Below are positions 53,938 through 64,000 of a stretch of DNA of 64,000 nt, piece by piece. Both the position numbers and the translations under genes were made by a program. The notes under the pieces are model-generated. The model was given only the letters and a program-made list of their open reading frames with translations. It was not told the DNA's origin and made no database searches. The stretch is from Chrysomallon squamiferum. Lineage: Eukaryota; Animalia; Mollusca. The stretch's first letter is position 1, and every line of letters begins with the position of its first letter. The stretch covers positions 5,270,001 through 5,334,000 of the forward strand of contig CM022665.1 in the NCBI GenBank assembly GCA_012295275.1, read 5' to 3'.

Positions 53938-56900
53938 TTCTTGTCCCTTTATTCCACAAAGTATGCAAATTAATATTCATCTTTTTTTTTTTTTTTTTTT
54001 TTCTTTCTAAGATACAACAGCATATTTCTTTAAACTTATTATCATGAAAACAAGAAATATTTGATGTCGGAATGCGTGTTATACATCATTCTTCTCCTTT
54101 CTGTTTCTTCTTCTGCATAACACATATCATTTGATACACGTGTATAAATTAACTTTCACACTAATTAATCGTTCCTAACACACGACAAGACATTCTTTGA
54201 TGGAGTGCAATGTTTAGAAAAATGTTGGTCAGCTATATATTATGTGCGGTTAATAGGAAATGTTCACGGAACTTATGCGTGAAGCGTGTTAAGAATGTAA
54301 GAAAACTGCGTCGTATATTTGATAGAAATAAACACACGATGCTTTTATGTCATAACTTACATGTCGCTTTGAAAGCATTCTTCCATTCTTGTAGCAGCAA
54401 AAGAATAAAAGCTTTCTACCTTGTTGCAGTTTTTAAAAGTATATAATTGTTTTACTTTGAATTAAACTGTAGTGAAAATTCAGATGTTATAGTGAAACTA
54501 ACACTTATCAATTTATGTTCCACCATATTATTTACATATTTTAGCATTTAAAAAATGTTATTTGACTTAAATTCCCACTGCGATTTGATAGAAAGGATTT
54601 AAAATTCTCATGAAGTTTTAATTATTTCAGACATTTGCAATCCGACCACCCAACAATCCAACTACCATCTGACCAACGAATAATCATACCAACACAAAAA
54701 CCAATCCACTGATTCAAACCATCCGTCTAACTTATCCCAATAACTACAACCCTCAGTCTAAACCAACCCGGTAACTGAAATCTTCATCTGAACCAACAGA
54801 CAGGCCAAGCCATCATTCTACATTTCCACAAACAATACATTCTAAAGAATTCGGTTATCTACAAAACTCAAAACTTAAACAGTTTAATAGGAATTCATTT
54901 AAGGCCATTTGTTTTAAGATAATGAAGTATTATCGACATTTATCGATACACAGATTTTGTTCGCACACTTTTGTACTGGATTATTTGAAATTCAGGTTTT
55001 CACGTGCTCGTGACTTTGAAATGAATTTAGAATTTATTATGACTTTTTTTTTTTCTTGTCTTACAGATTCCCGTTGGAAAGACGTCTTCACAAAAGGGAG
55101 AAGAGGGAAATTTAAGCAATGGTCAGAACAAACAAGGATTAAGTAACAGAAACTCCAACAGCCTGGCAAATTTGGCAGCTGCAGGAATTATGGGAGTAAG
55201 TAAAGTTTTCTTTGACACCTTTCAGCATAGTTAGCAATAAAATAAAAACAATAGTAACCAAATAGAGGACGTTGAATACTATGAACAAATTATATATATT
55301 TTTTTTATTGTTTAATTTAAAGGTGAATTCAGTGACGCGTATAAAGACAGACAATCGTTTTAAATAGAAGTCCTTTTCTTTATTTATTCCCTCTTTTCTC
55401 GTGAAACACTGTCTGGCCCAAATATTCTAAATTTATCGATAAAACTTATTCATTCTAGAAAGACAATTTAAATATTTCTTTATAATATAGTTTATATGTT
55501 TCATTTTCTTTTTTAGAACGAAATCGCTGATGGTATAAGCGATACGGTTAACGACATGTTTGATAACACGATTGGCGATGCCTTCGATAATACTGCTGAT
55601 GCCAATTTCGGAAATGCTCTGGATGATACTTTCGGTAATGTAATTGACGCTGTTGGTGACTTCGGTGAAAATGTTGGAGATGCTGCTGGTGATGCGTTTG
55701 ATAACATGGCTGATGGCTTTGGCGACATGGCTGCTGACGTGGGAGAAGGCATGAGAAATGCTGTAGAAAACATGCGAGACAATGTAAGAGATATGGCCGA
55801 TAATGCGGCAGATACTTTTGGGGATATGGGTGATGCTGTCGGAGACGCAGTTGATGACGTACGGGATGCTGTTGATGATGCTGCTGATAATTTTGGAGAT
55901 GTAATTGATGATGCTGCTGATCATTTTGGAGATGTAATTGATGATGCTGGAGATGCAGTTGATGACGTACGGGATGCTGTTGATGATGCTGCTGATCATT
56001 TTGGAGATGTAATTGATGATGCTGGAGATGCAGTTGATGACGTACGGGATGCTGTTGATGATGCTACTGATCATTTTGGAGATGTAATTGATGATGCTGG
56101 AGATGCAATTGATGACGTACGTGATGCTGTCGACGATGCTGCTGATGGTATTGGAGATGTAGTTGATAATGCTGGAGATGCAACTGAAGATCTAGCAGAA
56201 CGTGTTGGAGACGCAGTTGACGATATGGCAGATAGATTTGAAGATATGACTGAAGACGTCGGAGATCGTTTAGGAGATGTAATTGATGATGTTAGAGACG
56301 GTGTCGGAGACGTAGCAGATGACATAGGAGATACTGTTGATGATGTGGGGGATAGTATCGGAGATAGTTTCGGAGATGCTGCTGACAGTGTGGGCGATGC
56401 TTTACAAGATGCAGGTGATAATTTTCGTGACGCTGTTGATGACGCAAGCGACAGACTTGGAGATGCAGCTGATGGAATTGTAGATGGTTTCAGTGATGCA
56501 GCTGAAGATTTCGGAGATAACATCAAAGATTCTATCGCAAGCCTGGGTGGTGATATGGCAGATGCTAGAAACGATGCACGAGACAGAGTTTTAGATGCAA
56601 CTGAAGACGCTGGAGACAGAATTGCAGATGCAGTTGACGATGCTGGAGACAGACTTGCAGATTTTGCCGAAAATGTAAGAGATGGTTTTGGAAATGTAGC
56701 TGATAACATGGGTGATGCATTTGATAACGTAAGAGACGCAGTTGGCAATGTTGCAGGTAGATTCAGTGATGCAGTAGGTGGTGTTACAGATGGATTCAGT
56801 GATGCAGCAGATGGTGTTGCAGATGGTTTTGGTGATGCGTTTGATAATATTGGAGACGGATTTGCGGATTTCGGAGATAGCTTAATGGATAGCGACGGTA

Positions 56901-57112
56901 TGAACGCTGGACTAGCTATGTCTGCGGGAGCAAATCCAATGGCAATGGCGGCCATGGCAGGTGACAGTGATATTTTCGACAACGGTGGACTAATGTCCTT
57001 ACTGGCAATGAATAACATGAATAACATGAATACCAACTCAGGTTCGGACAGCATGGCAGACTTTGCACCCTTTTTCATGGGCGACGATATGGGAGATTTC
57101 ATGGATTTCTAA
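50562..57112 (+). CDS. Gene B: 633-aa single-pass membrane-anchored Asp/Ala/Gly-rich acidic repeat protein, paralogue of gene A
   Basis: Exon 50562-50582 = MGEMDVE (gtaagt). Exon 51126-51281 = TM CLKYVIFGSILGVTGLVGILTGLGLSGKL (gtaagt). Exon 55067-55195 = ...NGQNKQGLSNRNSNSLANLAAAGIMG (gtaagt). Exon 55517-57112 = NEIADG...GDFMDF*. All phase 0, canonical sites, open throughout. AATAAA at 57777-57782. Confidence 0.88.
52578..52885. mobile_element. Tigger4/MER46-like MITE (degenerate) in intron 2 of gene B
   Basis: Left end caggtcgaggattcctcatccgaaa, right end tttcagataaagaattctcct(a) as a degenerate inverted copy. Internal aatccgaaa repeats at both ends, a layout characteristic of Tigger4-type elements. 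Confidence 0.6.
55838..56185 (+). repeat. Coding tandem repeat, 75-bp unit (about 4 copies plus one 33-bp duplication), encoding DAVDDVRDAVDDAADHFGDVIDDAG
   Basis: tcattttggagatgtaattgatgatgctggagatgca recurs at 55921, 55996 and 56071 (75-bp spacing). An extra 11-aa unit DAADNFGDVID precedes it. Confidence 0.93.
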
Positions 57113-57585
57113 CACAAATAAACTCTAAAATTAAACATTTCTCGCTTTTAGGCTTTTCAGAATTTACTTTTGATACAATCTGATATGAATGCAAAACAAA
57201 CAGCTTTATAACGTGTGCAAGAAAAAAGTAAACAGCACTTTTTTCGATCTGAAGGAGCGAAAATCTTAAGAAACTTGTAAACACTATGTGTCTGTTATTG
57301 CTTACATTTTTTGAAGTAAGCATTATATATTTCTGATGCAGTTTGGAACAAAAGTTATATGAAAAGGAAAGATCTCTCAGAATTCACGAGAAAGGAAGAT
57401 TAGTTTTCAGATCGCTCTGTCGGCCATCTGTAAATATCTTAAATATTAGCGGATATATATGTAATTCATATTGAAATTATTTTTAATAATCGTCTTCACA
57501 AAACATGATATATCAAATAAGGAACTTAAAAACAGAAACTCTTTTCTGTCAGTGATATTTCATGAGTCTAAGTCTGAAGATAATA

Positions 57586-57617
<32 letters not shown>

Positions 57618-57655
57618 TATTATTGTTATTATTATTTATTATTGTCGTTATTATT

Positions 57656-57699
<44 letters not shown>

Positions 57700-59720
57700 C
57701 AAAATGCCATTGAATTAACTCTGACAGATTATAAATACAGGTACGTATTGAGATAATTCCAGAATATAATATTTACAATAAAGTATTGTTCATAATATAT
57801 GATTTAGTTTAAGACATATTTGAGTATTTAACACTAACAAAGAAGAAGGAATTTTTGCAACAAACAATAAACACAACACCGGCCATTACATTCCGTATTC
57901 AGCAATGACATTTAACTTTACGAATTACTTTCTACATTATAATATATTTCAGTATTAGATAACAATTCAGCGAAAATATTGTCGTAGACACTTTTAATCC
58001 ATATTTAATTTATCCATTTATTTATTTATTTAATTATTTATTTATTGCCGCAATAATGTTGGTAACAGAACACATATCATACCCTTTGGTTTTCGGTGTT
58101 AGCCTTGATCACTATTTTGCGGGGCTTCACGTTGTTCGATGTGTCCCGGACATACTTTTGACTGACATTTAAGAGAGGCATTAGCAGTGAACTTTTCACA
58201 CAATGTTGATGACAGTATAGAGGTATACATCATGTTGATGTCTTGTCACTGCTTGTTAAAGCACTGACTTCTTAATTATATTCCTAGTATATGCAACATA
58301 AATCATACTTGGGATCATTAAAAAACAATAAAATGAAATACTGCCTTGTTTTGTTCCGAGCAGTTCGTGACAGTCCAAGTGTAATAATAATTCCGCAGCA
58401 CAGTAAGTAGTTACATTCACATATTAAGTAAGGGATATTTTAAATGCATCCTTTCATACGAACTGCCCTGTAAATACTTACAACGTATATTAAATTACTT
58501 ACTGTCATTGTATATAAAATGAACTAAAGGTTACCTTTCTTCAAAACTGTTTGAAAAACAGAGCTGAGAAAAAAAAAAAATAATAATAATAATAATAAGA
58601 AGAAGAATAAAATTAAGAACCATTGGTTTAGTTGAAAAGCTCGTGTGAAATATTCGTTCCTGGATATGGGTATGAACAGCCTAAACTAAAGCATGGGGGT
58701 AGCAGCTTTCTTTCTTTCTTTTCTTTCTTTTTTAATTTTCTTCTTTTTTTTTTTTTCTTCTTGTATTTATTAAAAGTTCACACTTAATAAAGCTTACTCA
58801 ATCATTATTGTTGTGACGTTAAGTTTATTAATTACCTATTTATTCAAGCTGAAACTCTTAAGAATCATAAATCATCAACACACTGGCAGCTTGTCGAAAA
58901 AAACAACAAAAATAAACAATAAAAAAGCAACAACCATTCGGACATAACAAACCATAAATAAACAAGGCAAGAAAAACAACACTTTACATTTTGAACTATG
59001 TTCTACAAAGTAACTGTTTTGCAATTTTTAAACCAATAACTGTTTTTAATTACCAGTTTGTTATTAGGTCCACTTAATAAACATTAGCTAACGAACTGAA
59101 ATGAACTGAACTTTAGTTACATATTGTCCTTAATGCAACGATATTTGATATACTGTATAAATATAAATAAATAACTGACAAGATGGCACATTTGTTATGG
59201 TAATATGCACGTCAGATATTTAAAAGGGTTAATCATAACATATACTTAGGCATGTACAGTTATCCGTTTGGTTATTACTATTCATTACCTAGCTAACTAT
59301 GGAGGTGTAAGACAATTAATTCTCTCACTAATAGTGAGTCACTATTCCTCTTATATTAGTGATATTTTGAACGGTCGGCAATTTTAGTGGATCTAAACAA
59401 TTTGATAGTTGGCTCAAAAATAAACTCTTTGATATCATCAAGTCAGTTATATAATAACTCGAGTAGATGACGGATTAAGTGCAAACTGCCACGACAACTA
59501 CACTGTGCTGTGCTAACAATGTTAACATGATCATCTCTTGGATAATACATGACCGACCCATGAAAAAGGAGATATCTCTCCGGTGCAATATTTCACTTAA
59601 AAGTAAAGATTTATTAACATAATTATAGCGAGATATTGTCAAATGTCTCGTGCCTTTTCAGATAATAATAATAATAACAACAACGACAAAAACAATAATA
59701 ATAGTAATAGTAATAATTTT

Positions 59721-59773
<53 letters not shown>

Positions 59774-60295
59774 TGATGATGATGATGATGTTTATGGTAA
59801 TGATAAAATGATGATAACATGATGACGAGAATGATGAGAATGACGAACACGACAACAACAAAACAACCACAAATATGAGATATTCTTATTATATTTGATT
59901 TTAACAGATAGTCAGTCTTTAACGCTCATTTTAACTCGGGTGTCATTAAAACATTTAACAGTGCCGATCATACACTACAAAGAGGGGCAAGCAACTGATT
60001 TCTTTGTGTTCGTTCAACACAGCATTCTGTTATGTTCTCGTAACAGACCGATGCACTGCTCAAACCAAGAAATTACATTCGATCGGCGGCAATGACAGAT
60101 GAATCACAAAACTGATTGAATTAAAAACGCCTGGGTTCAGAAGCAAACGAGATTACAGCTGATTGAACCAATTACAGCTGCTTCAATATTTTATAGTTCT
60201 TACAGTGTCATACTTCCGGAAATCTCTGTTCAGACGTCAAGTACATTTCGTCATTTTTAAAATGTATTTATTTATTTTGTTATTTGTTTATTTGT

Positions 60296-60334
<39 letters not shown>

Positions 60335-60508
60335 TTTCCAATGACGGATCAATACAGTTTAAATCTACTGCTCCGTGGACTGATACAGCCCTGGTTAGGA
60401 CGGAAAATAGCCCAATAGCTTCACACAATGACAGATTTACTTTTATTCTTGAGATGAACCTTATATTTTTATTATCATTATTATTTTTTTTAAAAACATT
60501 CTCTGAGT

Positions 60509-60776
60509 CAGAGTTGTGCAGAGATCTGGTGATGCCCGGGGCCAACTCTTTGATTGTATGCCCCAAGCACTCAAGTGTAAGGCCTAATAATGAGAAATAT
60601 TATGAGAAAGGAAGATATTTTGACTATGTAAATACAGATGAAACATAAAATAAACACTTTATTCGATTTAAATGTAAACCAACCAAATTTATTAAGTTCT
60701 TTTCTCTGATTGGATACCCTCCCCCATTTGGATGCCCGGGACCATCGTCCCTTCGCCCCCCCTCTGCACGCCACCT
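60509..60776. mobile_element. hAT-type MITE with 8-bp target-site duplication
   Basis: Ends cagagttgtgcagag and ctctgcacgccacct (shared gtgcagag inverted core). Flanks ctctgagt (60501-60508) and ctctgatt (60777-60784) match 7/8. Internal direct repeats gatgcccggg and tgattg.at.ccc. Confidence 0.65.
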
Positions 60777-61867
60777 CTCTGATTCATGTGCACCTGTCTT
60801 TCTTATTTTTACAGAATCTTATTGATAATAAACATACTTCCGATTAAGCAAAGGCCTGTAACATAAAATATATTCTTGTTTTGAATAGCAATAAAACAAA
60901 CAACAGAGCGATTTTCAGAGCCATTTATTTGATCTTATATGTAAATAAAATACACATTTACTCAAAAGAGTTTCGTCATTATCAATAACGTAGAATAATA
61001 ATCACGTTATTGTGTTTACTGAAACTAAATAAATACGTTCTTGTACATTCAGCAAATCTTTATATTTTAAGTTTCCATAATTCATTTTTTTTATTTTTTT
61101 TTTTACCTTTTCAGTGTTATTAAAAAAAGAATAAAAAATCCTAATAATATTAAACAAAAAACAAAAAAAAAAAACATTAAAAATATAAAACAAATAAGTG
61201 ATAAAATTAAAAGCCAAACCAATAATTTAAGAATATTTTGTTTTGTTTTGTTTAATCTGCAAAAATATACTGAACTAATTTCAATTAGTTTGTCGTTATT
61301 GATGAAAAATATACAGTAGTCGACAATAAAATGTGACTCGTCAATATCTATATAACAGAAATTAAAACATGTTACACATTGTATGATGTTATTAAAAAAA
61401 ACAAAAAAAAAGTTTCATTTATTCCTTCATTAATCAGCTCATTCATTCATCAATCTATCTTATCGTTTATTAATTATTGTCCTGTATCTCTCCGTCTCTT
61501 GGCATTTTTCTCTACGTACGTCTATTTATTAAACATCTGACTGCATTGCAGCCAGCAACAATATAAATCAATTACCAAAACACAAAATGATAATTTCCAA
61601 GAATCTCGGATCCATGCTATTCAAAGACTTAACACTAATCAAGTAGCCAGCATGGCAGCTCAGTCGCATGTATATTAAAATGTGACTATAATAATAATAA
61701 TCACTGGGTCATTACTTATGTTTTACAGTTCTAAAAATCTAAGTTATACTTCGGTGAACAAATGATATGAGAAAACATTTCTAAAAAATCGTAACTTGAT
61801 GATAACGACGAAGAAGGACGATTCACTCATCGCGTTTAAACTAAGTCTGTATCGAGTCGAAAAGATA

Positions 61868-62040
61868 CGAGAGAGGAAAACCTAAAAATACGAGAGAGAG
61901 GAAAACCTAACACAGTGGACTGGGAAGAATATACCACGTATTATAGTGGGACACTAGTTGTATCGGGAAATAGTTCAATGGGAGCTCCGAGCTGAATTGA
62001 TCCTGTGACCAGTCACGTATACTAGCAGCTTAGCTACACC
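61868..62040 (-). mobile_element. Degenerate tRNA-headed SINE-like element
   Basis: Minus strand reads ggtgtagctaagc...ggtcacaggatcaattc (degenerate A/B boxes) then cccattgaactatttccc...gtggtat...ggttttcctctctc. A small tandem duplication of atacgagagaggaaaacctaa sits at its 3' end. Confidence 0.5.
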
Positions 62041-62051
62041 CCAAACCCTAA

Positions 62052-62094
<43 letters not shown>

Positions 62095-63503
62095 ATATAT
62101 AAATAAATAAATAAATACATAAAAACGTCTTGTCAATCCTCTTTTTATTATAAGGGAGTCATGAGTAGCATTTCAAGATGACCAGTTACAAGAATTGAAA
62201 GAACTACTTGCACTCACGAGAAACCCAGATTACAGACAACTGGCGCTTTCATTTATCACCAAAAGAGATTCGAAGAATTAGAGAGCGCCTCTAAAGAATG
62301 TAGTAAAACCAATAATCTAATTTTATGTTCTTTCCTTAATAAGTTGAAAAAAAAAAAAAAAAAGGGGGAAACGAGGTCTTAATCACGATTATTTCAAACA
62401 TTAAAGCGACAATATGTTACGTTTCTGTCTCAGACGCTAACGACCCTTCGCAAACTTAATGACGAACGACACGAAACAAGATCCTAACTCCGAAACCGTT
62501 ATTCCCTCGTGTTGAAATCAAGAATACCACAGATCACGAACTAAGACTTATTATCACAGCAATGATTCGCTACTCTATTCCACGAAGAACGGGGTTTGTG
62601 AGAAAGTGATCTCTGAAATGAAGACGTGACATACAGATGATTAATCTGGGTGAAAGCAGACTCCCACCACGTCGAGAAATGACATCAACTAAGTAAAAAC
62701 CATTATCAGAAGACTACACAGGTACAGCATGTGTGCACGTCATTGCCTTACCGCTAAACACATTACATGGCGTTCATCTATATAAAATGTCACTTCAGAT
62801 AGATATTGTTGACGTTTCAAAATGTATCTTATGACGGTTTTCTACTAAAAGTATTCCCGTGACAGCACACATATGTTCTTTAAAACTCCATAAAGCACCG
62901 TGTAAGGTATCATTCCTAATAAACATGTAACTTGTAGCCGTCCTCTAAATAAATCCACTTCACATCTTAAAATGTGTCTTAAGAAGGTCTTGAGATAAAC
63001 AGATTTCCCAAGACAGCATAACTATGTACTTAAGGATTATGTCAAACACTTTGCATGATATATACTTGTTACAAATATGTGGTTTTACATGTAGATAATT
63101 CACATTTTTAAAATGTACAAACGTTAGGACCGTCTGCTATAACTATTTTCTGATATTTCGGACGATCTGGTTGGTTTTTCAGCTAAACAGCACTATAAAT
63201 ATAGTATTACCAAAAAATTAAATATCTGAACCATGGTAAAAAAAAAAAAAAAAAAGAATTCTCATAAAACCATATGTCAAAAACTATTTTGGAAGATGTC
63301 TTTTAGGTAACATGAATTGTTTTGTCATAGATGAATGTAAATACCGTACGTTTATGACAAAATAATCAAATTAAAAAATGATCAAGACTAAGATCATTAC
63401 GTCATAGAGTTAACATACGATAATGAACTTTTGCACACATTTTGACGTTTGAAAAGTCGTCTGACTATAGACTGCTGTTATTGCTGTCAAAGTCTGAAGG
63501 ACG

Positions 63504-63748
63504 TTAGAAGGATGACTTAAGCCTGTTTCCGAACTGCATCTGACGGTGATGGTAGGTCCACGGATATGGTGAGACCAGCTCTACTTCATCTTCCTTGTAC
63601 TCAATGTTACAGAAACAGCGGAAAAATAACATGTACGAAACCCAGTCTGCGATTAACACAAAAATTGCAAATGGCGGAAGCCAGCTCACGTGACACAGCC
63701 TGTCCAAATATCTTGAACGTGATATCATGACAAGAATATAAATAGTCC
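63504..63748 (-). CDS. Probable terminal coding exon of a multi-pass membrane protein (possibly claudin/PMP-22-like); rest lies beyond the window
   Basis: Strong minus-strand acceptor cattattattttcatctttttccAG, then (x)gg-TIYILVMISRSRYLDRLCHVSWLPPFAIFVLIADWVSYMLFFRCFC...LKSSF*. This reads as a hydrophobic end, short loop, second hydrophobic helix and polar tail. GC-rich relative to flanks. Family call is a guess from layout. Confidence 0.5.
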
Positions 63749-63772
63749 CTGGAAAAAGATGAAAATAATAAT

Positions 63773-63811
<39 letters not shown>

Positions 63812-64000
63812 TTAAAAATCACTTTATATTTTACAACAGGTGAAAAGTGGTAGAAACTCTTGTCATTTTTATTATTATTACAATGTGTGTATGGCATAAT
63901 GATATATTTTTTTTGTTGTTGTATGTTATTTGATTAACGCTAGAAGAAAACAGCAAATCAGTCTGTCTTTACGATTGCCTGACGTAACGACTACAGACAT

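Noticed and set aside
54631-54830. Possible extra exon of gene B after attatttcAG
   Set aside because: Phase-0 reading hits TGA after 13 codons; the sequence is a decayed (CCAA/CAAC)-type repeat, and gene A has no counterpart exon.
55433-57102. Minus-strand ORFs of 213, 89 and 343 aa
   Set aside because: Antisense shadows of the GAT/GCT/GGA-rich last exon of gene B.

Overview
AT-rich, microsatellite-laden eukaryotic (animal) genomic DNA. It is probably molluscan, an inference from repeat style and gene content only. Splicing by hand gives five protein-coding units. (1) A complete 8-coding-exon AGPAT3/4-type lysophospholipid acyltransferase (3632-8488, +). (2) and (3) Two paralogous, unrecognised genes (A: 21756-31389; B: 50562-57112, both +) with the same 4-exon, all-phase-0 architecture: a 7-aa micro-exon ending DVE, a transmembrane exon, an NxQNK...NxNSL linker exon, and a giant acidic last exon built on 75-bp/25-aa (7+7+11) amphipathic repeats. 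Gene A carries about 70 near-identical copies. (4) A tetraspanin with an intronless CDS (38685-39413, +) lying between the two paralogues. (5) A probable terminal exon of a membrane-protein gene on the minus strand at the right edge. Also present: Tigger/pogo- and hAT-type MITEs, tRNA-derived SINE-like copies and many microsatellites. The best candidate for an undescribed system is the pair of membrane-anchored acidic 25-mer repeat proteins with the tetraspanin between them (possible biomineralisation or vesicle/lipid-surface role; function is inference).
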